A stretch of 64,000 nucleotides of DNA from Lama glama (Eukaryota). The position numbers were made by a program, and so were the translations under genes. The notes below the pieces were generated by a model. The model was not told where the DNA came from and did not search any database. It saw only the letters and a list, made by a program, of their open reading frames with translations. Numbering within the stretch: the stretch's first letter is position 1; the number at the start of each line of letters is the position of its first letter. Positions 24,421-37,560 of the stretch are shown one piece after another. The stretch is from NCBI GenBank assembly GCA_028534125.1, contig CM052816.1:100504001-100568000 (forward strand). Reading direction: 5' to 3'.

Positions 24421-25494
24421 TTCCTAGAACCAACTGCCCTGGTTTCTGTGTTAACAAGACATTCTCAGAAAACACATCTCATCTTCCATTGCAGCTTATC
24501 TCTGTGCTGATCTGAGTCCATAAATAAATTGCTTTCTGGGTCCCAGGTCCAGGGCATCTGCCCAAAGACAAAACCTGAAGCGTGTGCGGGCAGCGTCCTG
24601 CTCTCCAGGCTGGCAGCGAGGTGGCGCCGGCCCAGGGCGGGGCAGGGAGACTCTCCTCCAGGCGGGGGGACTCTCCCCACCAGGGGTCGGCCAGTTTGCG
24701 GTTGTGCTGGGTGGGGGCGCTGAAGTTTGCAGGCGCAGGTCTAGGCCCCTGGTGACAGCTCGCCTAAGCCACCCCTCCAGGGGTCACGGAGGAGACAGCA
24801 TCAGATTTTAAGGTTCAGGGCTCTCAGTCCCACCCTGAAAAAGCGTCCTTGGGAACACGAGGTTTCAGGAGGGGAATCCTCAATGTCGCATCCCAGCCCC
24901 TCCTCCTCCAAGCACGGGCGGCCGCCCTGAGCTCGTGGCCAGCACACCGTCTGCCCCAGGTGCCCAGACCCCAGGCTCACCGTGTCCTTCCCCCTGCTTC
25001 CCTCCCTCCCACAGCCATCCAACCAGCTGTCCAACTGCCAGTCCCACGGAGCTCAGCTCAGAGTGCAGCTCAGCCGACCAACTTCTCTCCTCGTGGCTGC
25101 CCTCTGGGTCCAGGCCAGCCCTGCCTCTTACCTAGACAGTTGAAGCCACCCCCGGAGGGTCCTCCCCAGGTCCACTCTTGTCCCCCCACTGGTTCTCCAC
25201 CGTCCTCTGAGTGACCTTTGACCCACTTCCTTCAAACCCGCAGAGGCCTCTCTGGGCGTCTCAGAATGAGACCCCAGCTCCAGGCACAGGCCTCTCAGGT
25301 CCCCCGCCCGCAGCCCCACCAGCCCTCCGCCCCACTCGAGGGTCCAGCAAGAGCCTCTGCTCCATCCTCCCAGGCGCCGGGCTCCGCCGCGGGGCCTCCC
25401 ACTGGCAAGGGCTCAGATTTTTAACTGTTCCTGAGATGGTCCTGGCGCCTCGCTCTGCTTCCAGGCCTGGGCCTGCCCCGGGGCCGGGGGGGGG

Positions 25495-25994
25495 NNNNNN
25501 NNNNNNNNNNNNNNNNNNNNNNNNNNNNNNNNNNNNNNNNNNNNNNNNNNNNNNNNNNNNNNNNNNNNNNNNNNNNNNNNNNNNNNNNNNNNNNNNNNNN
25601 NNNNNNNNNNNNNNNNNNNNNNNNNNNNNNNNNNNNNNNNNNNNNNNNNNNNNNNNNNNNNNNNNNNNNNNNNNNNNNNNNNNNNNNNNNNNNNNNNNNN
25701 NNNNNNNNNNNNNNNNNNNNNNNNNNNNNNNNNNNNNNNNNNNNNNNNNNNNNNNNNNNNNNNNNNNNNNNNNNNNNNNNNNNNNNNNNNNNNNNNNNNN
25801 NNNNNNNNNNNNNNNNNNNNNNNNNNNNNNNNNNNNNNNNNNNNNNNNNNNNNNNNNNNNNNNNNNNNNNNNNNNNNNNNNNNNNNNNNNNNNNNNNNNN
25901 NNNNNNNNNNNNNNNNNNNNNNNNNNNNNNNNNNNNNNNNNNNNNNNNNNNNNNNNNNNNNNNNNNNNNNNNNNNNNNNNNNNNNNNNNNNNNN
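25495..25994. other. Assembly gap (500 N)
   Basis: Run of exactly 500 N. Confidence 1.
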
Positions 25995-27524
25995 CTTTTC
26001 AATAGAGTAAATATTCAACTGCTTCCCCCCAAAAAGATATTTTTGCCACATCCTGAATCCTTGACAAAGACCGTAAAGGCTTGAAACGCCCAGGCTGCTG
26101 TCTTTAGCCAGTGCCCAGGAACTGTGTCTGTAACAGTCAGACACGTGTCTGGAGTCATGAGGACGAGACCCACACGGCACAGGGCTGTCCCTCTGCTGCG
26201 CCTGAGACAGGCGAGCAGGCAAGAGGCAGGTGTACGGGCCTCGCCAGGGCCACTCCCGGCTCAGGGTGTCCCCTGCAGTGTGACATGCTCGCCGCGCACC
26301 CGGGGAGCTTCTGCTGCAGTTTCACCCTTAGGGCTGTGTGTACGGGATGCTAATGTATTTTTGAGAGTTAATGCACCCAGCTGTCAGTCAGCCCAGCGCT
26401 CAGCTTGCCGCGTTCCTGCTCCCTGACCTTCTGCAAGGAGCTTGGCTCCTTGGAGCCCCATGACGGTGCTCCACACCAAAGATGGGTGACCAGGGGTGAG
26501 CCTCAAAGCCAGTCTGCTCTGAGGGGCTGGAACCCAGAGAGCACTTCAGCAAGCAGTGACCACAAGTTCTGCTCTTGCAAAGAACACCTTCTGGTAACAG
26601 ACATCAGTACCCACATGCCGGTGTGATTTCACGTCACAAGTGGTGGACAAGCTAGACGCACGATGACAAAGCCAGTAGGGCAGACGGTGGCTGGTTAGTG
26701 CAGCACGCTGCCAGGTATGGGCGCACAACCTGGATGTCGGTCAGGAGAGTTCCACCAGCCGCTGGCAGCCTGAGAATGGCGGTGTTTAATCATACTCTTA
26801 CGTGAGGTCGGGTTTGTCCTCCGCATCGGAGTGATGCACTTTGCATATTTATGCCATGAACCCTGGGTCCAGGTTGATCAAGTCTGACCAGACCAGGTCA
26901 GGCCCACCAGCTCAGGGCTGCTTCCACCATGCGGAGAAGAGGTCCTACGTGTTCTCAGCGTGAGGCCAGGGAGGAGGGCGTTGACGTCACACAAGTGTCT
27001 CCAGAGAGGACGTGGAATGGGATCATCTGGAGGAGTAAGTGAAGGGAGAGGGTGTGTGGGGGAGACGGCGAGTCCAGCCCCAGTCCGGTGGGTGCCTCGC
27101 TCCTTGGAGGAGCCCCACCCATGGCACGTCACAACGTTGGGGTGGAGGAGGCGGCGGCCAAAGGGCGAGTCTGTGGCGGAGCTCCTGGCCACCTGTGATG
27201 CTCTCCCGTGACCTGGTGGGTGTGGAGGTGAGGAGAGCTGAGGCACGGGCGGTGGTACGAGAGGCCACACAGCTCTTGGAGGTAATGCGAACAGTCAAGA
27301 GGTTGACTCTGGAGAAAAATGCCAATATCTTGCTCCAATTGGCCAGACAGCGCTTTTGTGTCTTAGAGGGCATCAGTCTGTCCTCCGGATCAAACACTTC
27401 AGCACAAGGACCTGACGTGGAAAAATTTCCACCACCATGAGATCATCTGACCACCCCTACACCCAGGTGCTGTCTTGCGAGGCAGAGGAAGAGAGGGAAG
27501 TCTGAAGGATGACTGGCTCCTCCA

Positions 27525-30485
27525 AAGAGGCTGTTACTTTTATAAGAAACTGCCAACTATCTTTCAAGGTGGCTGCACGGTTTTGCATTCCCACCAGCAA
27601 AGAATGAGAGTTCCTGTTGCTCCGCTCCCAGCCAGAGTGTGGTGGTGTCAGCGTCCCAGAGCCCAGCCATTCTACCAGGTGTGGAGTGGGCTCTCCTTTC
27701 AGTTTGCATCTCCTGGTGACACATGAGGCGGAGTGCCTTTTCATATGCTTACTTGCCGTCTGTATATCTTCTTTGGTGAAGTGTCTGATAAGATTGTTGG
27801 ACCGCTTTTTAAAACTGAGTTGTTTATTTTTTATTGTTGAGTTTTCAGAGTTCTTTATATATATTGGTAACAGTCCTTCATCAGATGTGTCTTTGGCAGA
27901 TATTTTCTCCCAGTCTGAGGCTTGTCTTCTCCTTCTCCTGATGTCATCTTTTGTGGAGCACAATTCTTAATTTTAATCAAGTCCAGCTTAGGAATTCTTT
28001 CTTTCATGAATTGTGCCTTCAGTGTTGGGTCTAGAAAATCACCATTTCTGAAGCCATCCAGCTTTTCTCCTATGTTACATACTAGGAGTTTATAATTTTG
28101 GGTTTTACATTAGGTCTATGATGCACTTTGAGTTCATTTTTGTGAAGTCTTTATAGTCTGTGTCCTGACTCATTTTTCTACATGTGGATGTCCACCTGTT
28201 GCAGCGCCATTTGTTGAAAAGACTGCCTTTGCTCCGTTATATTGCCTTTGTTCCTTTGTCAAAGATCAGCTGGCTGTAGTTCTGTGGGTCTTCTGGGGCC
28301 CTTCTGCTATGTCCCATTCATCTATTTGTCTATTGTTTCATCACTAGCATGTCATCCTGATACAAGAGCTTTATAATAAGTCTTGAAGTTAAGTACTGGA
28401 AGCCCTGTAACTTTATTCTTCCCCTTCAATATTGTGTTGGCTATTCTGGGTTTTTTGGCCTCTCCATATAAATTTTAGAACCAGTTTTTGGTTTTTTGTT
28501 TGTTTGTTTGTATGTTTGTTTTTTGTTATCCACAAACAGGATTATCTCTGCATTTATTTTAGTTCTTTGATTCATCGGTTTTATAATTTTTCTCATATAG
28601 ATCTTACACATATTTTGTTTTATACCAAACTATTTCATTCTGGGAGGTACTTAATGTAACATTATTGTATTTTTAATTCAAATCCCACTTCTTTATTGCT
28701 TACATAATGGAAAACAATTAAATTTTGTATATTAACTCTATATCCTGAAACTTGCTCTAATGGATTATTGAGTCTGGGATGTTTTGGTTGACTCCTTCAG
28801 ATTACTGACATACACAATCATGTCATCTATGACCAATGTCAATTTTATTTTTTTTTCTTTCCAGTCTCTCTGTTTTTGTTTTCTTTTCTTGTCTTATTAC
28901 ATTAGCAGGGGCTCTATGATGTTGAAAGGGATGGTGGGAGAGGACATCCTTGCCTTGCTCTTGGTGTTACTGGGAAAGCCTCAAGTTTCTCACCTTTAAG
29001 TATAATGTTAATTGTAGGGTTTTTGTAGATATTCTTTATCAAGTTGAGGAAGATCTCCCTCTATTTCCAGTTTAGTGAGAGTTTTTATCATGAATTGATG
29101 TTGGATTTTGTCAAATGCTTTTTGTCCATCTATTGATATAATCATGTGATTTTTCTTTTTAGCCTGTTGGTGTGATGTGCTACAGTAATTGGCTTTTGAA
29201 TGTTGACGCAGCCCTGCATGACTGAGATAAATTCCGTTTGACTGTGATGTTAATCTTTTCACACACTGCTGGATTCATTTCGGCGCTATTTTGTTGAGGA
29301 GTTTTGCATCTATGCTCATGAGCTATATTGGTCTGCCGTTTTCTTTTTTTGCAACGTGTTTGTCTTGTTTGGTGTTAGGGTCTGGACTCATAGAATTAGT
29401 TGGAAGTATTTCCTCTGCTTCTCTCATCTGAAAGATATCATAGAGAATTAGTACGATTTTTTCCTCCAATGTTTGGTGGAATTCATCAATATACACATCT
29501 GGGTCTGGCACTTTCTGTTTGGAAAAATGGCTAGAGGTTTATTGATTTTACTAAACTTTTCAAAGAAGTAGTTTTTGGTTTCATTGATTGGTTTTGTAGC
29601 TTTGGTTTCATGGTTTTATCTATTGACTTCCTGTTTTCAATGTATTGATTTCTGCTCCAATTCTCCTTATTTATTTTCTTTTGTTTACTTTGGATTTAAT
29701 TTGCTTTTATTTTTCTTTCCTAAGATGGACATTTAGATAATTGATTTTGGATCTTTTTTCTTTCTAATACATGAATTCAATGTTGTAAATTTCCCCCTAA
29801 ATACTGCTCTCATCACATCCCACAAACTTTGATAAGCTGTATTTTCTTTCTCATTTAGTTCAAATTATTTTTTACTCTTGAGATTTCTTCTTCTACCCAT
29901 GTGCTATTCAGAAGTGTGCTGTTTAATATCCATGTATTATGGGATTTCCCAGCTATCTTTCTGTTATTTCTTTCTAGGTCAATTCCAATGTGTTCTTTTA
30001 AATTTTAAAGGCATGTTTTATGGCCCAATGGGATCTATCTTGGTGAATGTTCCATGTAAGCTTGAGAAGAAGGTGTGACTTGCTGCCTCTGGATAAAGCA
30101 GTCTGTAGACGTCGATTATGTCCAGTTGATGGATGGTGTTGTTGAGCACAACTGTGTCCTTACTGATTTTCTGCCTGCTGGGTCTGTCCATCTGTGATAG
30201 AAAGAGGTTGAAAACTCCAACTATGATAGTGGATTCACCTATTTCTCCTTGTGGTTCTGTTGGCTTTTTTCTCATGTAGTCTGATGCTCTGTTTTTGGCA
30301 CATATATGTTAAGGAGTTTTATGTCTTCTTTGGCGAATTGACCTCTTTATCAGTATGAAATGCCCTTCTTTATTCCTGATAACTTTTTTGTTTTTTGCTT
30401 TGAAGTTCATTCTGTCTTAAATTAATATAGCCACCCATACTTTATTTTGATTAGTATTAGTGTGGTATGTTTTTCTCCATCTGTT
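27525..30485 (-). mobile_element. L1MC/MD-like element, ORF2 portion (3' UTR missing)
   Basis: ORF2-like peptides: KNHMIISIDGQKAFDKIQHQFMIKTL (29008-29262), HTFFSSLHGTFTKID (30018-30275), RHFTKEDIQTASKHMKRHS (27457-27963); many stops and frameshifts. Confidence 0.92.
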
Positions 30486-30487
30486 TA

Positions 30488-32811
30488 TGGGTATACCTCG
30501 GAGATATTGCAGGTTTGGTTTCTAACCACTGCAGTAAAGTGAATATCACAATATAGCAAGTCACACAGATGTTTTGGTCTCCCAGTGCATATTAAAATTA
30601 TTTTTATACTATACTATTATATTAAGTGTACAATAGCATTATGTCTAAAAAAATGCACATCTTAATTAAAAATATTGCCCCAAAATGATAACCCTTATCT
30701 AAGCCTTCAGCAAGTCATGATCTTTTTACTGGTGAAGGGTCTTGCCCGAATGCTGATGGCTGCTGACTGATCAGGGCAGTGCTGGCTGAAGGCTGGGGTG
30801 TCTGTGGAAGTTTCTTAAAACAAGACAATAATAAAATTTGCCCCATTAATTGACTCTTCCTTTTATGAATGATTTCTCTGTAGCAGGCAGTGCTTTTTGA
30901 TAGCATTTTATCCACAGTAGAACTTTTTTCAAAATTGGAGTCAGTTCTCTCAAACCCTGCTGCTGTTTTATCAACTAAGATTATGTCCCATTCTAAATTC
31001 TTTGTTGCCACCTCAGCAATCGTCACAGCATCTTCAACAAGGGTAGACGACCTCTCAAGAAACTACCTTCTCTGTTCATCCATAAGAAGCACCTCCTCAT
31101 GTGTTAATGTTTTATCTTGAGATTGTAGCAATTCAGTCACTTCTTTAGGGTCCATGTCTAATTCTGGTTCTCTAGTTCTTTCTACCACATCTGCAGTGAT
31201 GTCCTCCACTGAAGTTTTGAACCCCTCAAAGTCATCCATGAGGGTTGGAATCAACTTCTTCCAAACTCCTGTTAAGGCCAATATTTTGACCTCTTCCCAT
31301 GAATCATGACTGTTTTCAATGGCATCTCAGTTCACGACTCTTTCGAGAAGGTTTTCAATGTACTTTTACCCAGATCCATCATAGGAATCACTGACTATGG
31401 AAGTTATACCCTTATTAAATGCACTTCTTAAATAATAAGACTTAAAAGTGGAAATTACATGCACGGACTGCAATATGGATGTTGTGTTAGCAGCATGCAA
31501 ACAACATTAATCTCACTGCAAATCTCCATCAGAGCTCTTGGCTGACCAGGAACATTTCAATAGGAAGTGATTTTTTTTAAAGGAATCTTTTTTTCTGAGC
31601 AGTAGGTCTCAATAGTGGACTTAAAAAAATCAGTAAACCGTGTCAACTGATGTGCCATCCTCCAGGCTCTGTTGCTCCATCTACAGAGTAGAGGCAGAGT
31701 TGATTTAGCATCGTTCTTAAAGGCCCTAGGATTTTTCGAATGGGAAAGGAGCACCGGCTTCGACTTCAAGTCACCATCTTATGCAGCCCAGAACAAAAGA
31801 TTCAGATTGACCTTTGAATCTTTGCAGCCAGACACTGACATCTCTAACTGTGAGAGGCCTAGACGGCATCTTCTTCCAACAGAGGCTGTTTTGTCTACGT
31901 TGAAAATACGTCGTTCAGCGCAGTTACCTTTATGAATTGCCTGAGCTGCTCTGAACACCGGGCTGCCTCACTTGCATTGTGATGTTGTGGAGACGGCTTC
32001 TTTCCTTAAACACCATGAACCCACCAACTTCGGCCGGCGCAGCTGTTCTCCTGCAGCTTCCTCGCCTCCCTCAGCCTTTGCAGAATTAAAGAGAGCTGGA
32101 GCCTTGCTCTGGATTAGGCTTTGGCTTATGAGGATCTTGTGGCTGTTTTGATCTTCTATCCAGAACACTCCAGCTTTCTCCTTAGCAGCAATAAGCGGTT
32201 TCACTTTCTCATCATCCCCATGTTCGCTGGAGTAGCATTTTTAATTTCATTCAAGGGTTATTCCTTTGCATTTACAACTTGGCTAAATATTTGGCACAAG
32301 AGGCCTGGCTTTCAGCCTGTCTCGGCTTTCGACGTGCCTTCCTCACTGAGCTGAGTCTCTAGCTTTTACTTTCAAGTGGGAGATGCACAGCTCTGCCTTT
32401 CACTTGAACACTTAGAGGCCGCTGGAGGATTATTAACCGGCCAAAGTTCAGTGTCGCGTGTCTCAGGGAATTGGGAGGCCTGAGGAAAGGGAGTGAGATG
32501 GGGGAGCAGTCAGGACACACACACGATTATCAATTAAGTTTGTCATCTTATGCAGGCACGGTTCCTGGTGCCTCTAAACTTTTACAACACCAACAGCAAA
32601 GATTGCCAATCACAGATCACCGTTACAAATATAATGTTGATGATAAAGTTTAAATATTGTGAGAATTATCATAATGTGACAGAGACATGAAGGAAGCAAA
32701 TGCTGTTGAAAACATGATGCCAGTAGACTTACTCCACACAGTATTGCAGCAAAACCTTCAATTGGTGAAAAATGCAGTATCTGTGAAGCACAGTAAAGCA
32801 AGGTGTGCCTT
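30488..32811 (-). mobile_element. Near full-length Tigger1 DNA transposon
   Basis: Decayed TIRs tgggtatacctcggagatattgc ... aggtgtgcct, TA at 30486-30487, about 2.3 kb, transposase remnants inside. Confidence 0.95.
30715..32400 (-). pseudogene. Disrupted Tigger1 (pogo/TIGD1-like) transposase
   Basis: Colinear fragments in different frames: [78 protein letters not shown]. Confidence 0.92.
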
Positions 32812-35125
32812 TTTGTCTTTGTCTACCAGAGTGGCTTTCATGTGGATGACATACACTTGAGTCTAGTTTTTTGATCCACTCTGATAGTCTCTGTCATTTA
32901 ATTGGTGCATTCAGACCACTGATGCTCAAAGTAATTATTGACACAATTGGATTAATAACCAGTACAGTCCTTCCTGCTCTGCCGCCCGTGTCCTCACGCC
33001 TGTGTCCTCGCTCCCATGTCCTCGCTCCCGTGTCCTCACTCCCATGTCTGTCCTCCACTCTTTTGCTGCTTGTTTGTAGTTTTAATTGAGTGTTTTATAT
33101 GATTCCAATTTCTCTCATTTCTTAGCATGTCAATTATACTTCTTTAATTTTTTTTTATTTTTAGTGATTGACCTAGAGTTGGCTATATTTGCAACTAATC
33201 CAGGTCCACTTTCAAATTTCAAATAATGCAAGTACTTTATAATAAAAATAACCTGAATTGCTTCCTCTCGTGGCTTGTATCATCACCGTCATTCATGTCA
33301 GCACATGTGCATGCCTGTAAGTACGCACGAGTGCGTGTGTGTATACATAAGGCATATACATAAGCAGAAATTATCAGACACGTTGCTACTATTATTTTGA
33401 ATAAATGCTTATATGTTAGATCAACTGAGAGCAAGAAAAATACATATTTTTATTTCATCTTGACTTGTTTCCTCTTCAATACTTCCTTTCTTTGTGGAGA
33501 TCTGAGTTTCTTACTTACAACACTATCCTTTTCTCTAAAACCCTTTCTTCAGCGTTTCCTCAATTTTTGTTTGTCTGAGGAACTCTTAACTTCCCCTTCA
33601 CTTTCAAAGGATGCTTTTGCAGGGTACACATTTCTGGGTTGTTGGTCTCTTTTTTATCCTCTGAACAATTAAAATATTTTGCTCACTCACTTCTTGCTTA
33701 CTAGAAGAGAAGTCAGATGAAATTCGTGTCTTTGCTCCTCAATCAGTAATAACATGTTCTCTTATGTTTTTTTCAGAATTTTTTTAAACTTTGGTTTTCG
33801 GTAGTTTGAAGATGGTGCACAGAGATGTAGCCTTTGTAGCATTCGTCCTCTTTGGTGTTCTCTAAGCTTCCCAGATACGTGGTTTGACATGAATTTGAGG
33901 GCGTTCTCAGTGATTATTGTTTCAGGTTTTTTTTGGTTTCCTTCTCTCTTTCTTCTCCTGCCATTCCCATTACAGGTATGTTACAACTTTTGAAGTTGTC
34001 TTGCAGTTCTTGGATATTCTGGGTTTTTTGTCTTTGTTCTCTGCTTTTCAGTTTTTGAAGTTTCTATTGATCAAAGCTTCTTTCCTCAGGGTTCTACTAA
34101 GTCCATCAAAAACATTCTTCATTTCTATTACGGTGTTTTTCATCTGTAGCATTTCTTTCGATTCTTTCTTAGGATTTCCATGTCTCTGCTTCCATTCCCC
34201 ATCTGTTCATGTGTGCTGTCTACCTTCTCCATCAGAGCCCTTAGTATAATAATCATAGTTGTTTTAAGTCCTCAGTCTGATCATTCCATCATCTCTGCCA
34301 TGTTGAACATCCCTGGTTCTAATACTTGCTCCAACTCTTCAAATTGTGGGGTTTGGTTTTGTTTTGTTTTGTTTTGTTTTTTGCCTTTCAATATGCCTTG
34401 TAACATTTTTCTCGATAGACATTACGCACGGGTGAAAGGAACTGCTGTGTCTCCAGCACGGTGGAGAGCAGGGGGAGGGGAGAGTTCTGTGGCCTCGATC
34501 ACGTCCCGGTGCTTTGGCGAGTTTGTGCCTCTGGCTGTGAGTTCCACAGATATTCTTGGCTTTTCCCCCATCATCGGATGGGACAGGGTGGTGGGAGTGG
34601 GCTGTATTTGGGTCTCTCCCTTCTCCCACTTGGAAGATTAATGGTGGCTGGCATTGGGCGATTGCCTTGCCCCAGTTGGTCAGGCTCCAGGCGACTCGTT
34701 TCTCCCGGGCAGGCCTTGTAAGGAGAACAGAACGTCCTGGCTTCTCTTCCCCCTCCCCCGCCAGAAGCACGGGGTACTTTCCTCCAGTATTTACTGTGGG
34801 GCTCCTGCAGGTGAGTCTCACAGTACTGTGAGGCACCCCTGGGATCGGGTCCCTGGAAGGTTTTATCTCTCAGAACTGCCCAGCAATTCTTCAACATACA
34901 GCCTGGGTTTCCCACCCTGGCCCTGCCTCCTGCCACGGTCCTCTGCTTGTGTGTCCTCTCCAGGAAGCCATGACCCTCTGAGCCACCTGTCTGGCTCTTC
35001 AGTCTTCCAGGCAGTGTTTCTCCCAGGTCCTCGTTTCTCTTATGGATCCAAGAATTGCTGATTGTTCAGTCTGTGCAGCATTCCACCTGTTGTTAGCTTG
35101 GGTCGGCACCTTCCAAACTCCTTAC
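32812..35125 (-). mobile_element. Continuation of the same L1 (inter-ORF, ORF1 and 5' region)
   Basis: ttgatccactctgatagtctctgtc resumes the L1 right after Tigger1; gttagatcaactgagagcaagaaaaata spacer; ORF1-like T-rich tract; GC-richer 5' part. Confidence 0.8.
32986..33048. repeat. 14-bp minisatellite, about 4.5 copies
   Basis: ccgtgtcctcacgc ctgtgtcctcgctc ccatgtcctcgctc ccgtgtcctcactc ccatgtc. Confidence 0.85.
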
Positions 35126-35799
35126 TGAGAGATTCTTAAATCAACAAAAATAATTTGCCTAATAACCTACATAAATGTGAGGTTGATAACACATTAATGA
35201 AAGGAGTGGAGGAACAATGTTGAAGCTGTAATTATTTGCTCATACAAAGATTATATCTGAAACCATGTCTATGTGATAGCAGCTAAAGTGGAGATTCAGT
35301 AAATATGTTGTTTAGCCAAGAAGAGTCAACTCAATTTTATCAGGCTAAGCAGTTTAACTCTGAGAACATCATGATCTGAATCATTTATCCACCTGAATAA
35401 ATTAACCAGCTAATTGTAGGATTTTTACTTAATTTTCTCATGTTGCAGCTTCAGATTAGATAACACAAAGTGGTTACTTCCTGAAACTCACAAAATATTT
35501 GTCTTTACTCCACAGGCTCATTTGTCACAATAAAATTATTAGATCAGATTTTAACGTCCAACTACAATTGAGTAATTGACACTAGAGCCATCCTTACACC
35601 AAGACCAGCTATAAAATGTGAGAAGATACATAAGGCAGTGGTTTTCAGTCCATGTACAAGAAGGTGGCCATGAAGGTACAGGTGAGGTCTCACCTGGGGA
35701 CAGTGCATGCCCCACCTCAAAAATGTAGCAAATGTGATGCATGTAGTGGAAAATATTAGGCAAAAAGTGAGAAGTCTGAAGTCTGAAAGTATACAATCC

Positions 35800-37560
35800 T
35801 CAGCCTAAAGAGCCTTGGAGTAACCCCTAAAAAATGATAAAAGAGTTATAAGTAAGAAGGGTGAAATAAAAAAGAAAATTAAACCATTAATTCAAACAAA
35901 ATAGCAATAAAACAACAGAAGACCAAAACCAGAATAGACTAAATGAGAACTGAAGAATAAAGCAGAAGACTTTACACAACCATAACGTAGGTTCACTCAA
36001 CTCAGATGGACTGAACGTGTACATGGTGAGGCAGAGAGCTTAGTCTGGTCGGACCCAACTAAATTCTGTCTCCAAGAGGTGTGTTTTACATATGGTGACA
36101 GACACTGTGAGTAAAAGGCTGGGAGAGATGCATCATGCAAAAATAAATGTAAGAAAATAGTGTGGTTGTACTGACATCAGACAACACAATAAACTGAACT
36201 ACAACCACTTAAGAATGTTGTGACCTTCAAAAGACCATGGAAAAGGCATGGAGAAGTGAGTCACAGGCTGGGAGGGAAGAGTCACCACACGTGCATGTGA
36301 CCGAAGACTTGTGCCCAGACCTACATGTGTGCAGAATCTGGGTACAAGTCTCTGTTCATATACGAATACATACATGCATACGCTTCACAAATGTATACAT
36401 ATGTACACGTGTGTGTGGACTGCATGGGCATACACATATCCACATATCTGTATACAAACAAAACAAACAACAGTGAAAAATTATTTCTCAAAGACATGCC
36501 GTATTATCTCACTTATATATGGAACCAAATAAACCAAAAAAAAAAAAACCCCACAAAAAAATCAAACTCACAAATACAGAGAACAGATTGGCGGTTCCCA
36601 GAGGCAGGGGTGGGGGGTAGGCAAATGGGTGAAGGGGGCCAAAATGTACAGACTTCCGTTTATAACAAACAAGTCCTGGGGATGTGACACACAGCAGGGG
36701 ACTGCAGTTAATAATACCACATTATATATAAAAAAAAACTCTTGGCAACAGGACAAACATGCTAATTAAAGAATGGGAAAAAAATATTTGAATGGATTAT
36801 TTCTCAAAAGAAGGTCCAGAAATGACAATAAACATATAAAAGCATATAAAAGACACTCCCTGCAATGTATATGCATGTGAAATTCACAACATCCCAAATC
36901 TCATTATAACTGCTAAGATGAGCAGTGTGGGAGGCTGAAGAGCACAGGGCAGCTGGGACGCCTGCACTCGGCTGGTGGGGGCGGAAGATGGACCTGCCAT
37001 CTCGTAAGGCAACCGCAAAGTTAGATGTGCATTGAGGACGTGGCCCACACCTAAGAATTTACTCCATAGAAATGAAAATGTTGTCCCTTAAAATGACTTG
37101 TGCAAGAATGTTCATTTATTCATGATACCCCAGACTGGGAACAGCCCACTTGTCTGTCAGTAGATGGATGGATAAACGCACGGCAGTACATTCAGGCTTT
37201 AGAACAGTATCCAGCTATAAAAACGGATGAGTTACTGATCGCACACCGACGCACATCTCATGGAGATTACACTGTGCAAACAGCCCACGGAGTCGATACT
37301 GCAGAATTCCATTCACAAGAAATTCTAGCACAGGCAGGACGAATCTGCACAGAGAGGAATGAGGCCAGTGCTGGGCGGAGGCGGGTCGGCTCGCTGGGGA
37401 GAGACCCGAGACAACCTCCTGGGGAGACTGAAATGCTCTGCATCTTGATGGAAGTGCTTTCTCAGGAGTCTATCAAAACGCATCACATTGGACACTTAAA
37501 ATGTGTGAATTTTACTGTCTGTAAATCGCAGTTCAGGAAAGTCGACTTAAAAACGATTAA
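35800..37560 (+). mobile_element. Old L1 (L1ME-like): ORF2 start joined to ORF2 end/3' UTR
   Basis: Endonuclease-start-like ctgtctccaagag...aaaggctgggagagatgcatcatgcaaa; 3' part gacttgtgcaagaatgttcat...gatggatggataaac...gtgaattttactgtctgtaaat. Confidence 0.7.
36495..36735 (+). mobile_element. L1MA9-like 3' fragment nested in the older L1
   Basis: tctcacttatatatggaa...caaactcacaaatacagagaacagattggcggtt...aaatgggtgaagggggccaaaatgtacagacttcc. Confidence 0.75.

Noticed and set aside
24675..24692. CTCF-like words (ccaccaggggtcgg; also cagcaggggggcg at ~62068)
   Set aside because: Mismatches in the core, and such words are frequent in GC-rich DNA; not supportable without a PWM scan or ChIP data
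25211..26222. ORFs of 193-269 aa spanning the N run
   Set aside because: Artefacts of translating the assembly gap
16074..27963. Similarity between ~15900-16700 and ~27530-28400 suggesting a segmental duplication
   Set aside because: Explained by two independent, diverged copies of related L1 subfamilies
30715..32400. Possible domesticated TIGD1-like gene
   Set aside because: Multiple frameshifts and stops, and it is flanked by TIRs; a transposon fossil
32986..33048. Short direct repeats (also ggtgagtgaa x3 at ~48263 and ggtgacaatg x2 at ~51298) considered as array-like structures
   Set aside because: Head-to-tail slippage repeats without unique spacers; not CRISPR-like, and the context is eukaryotic
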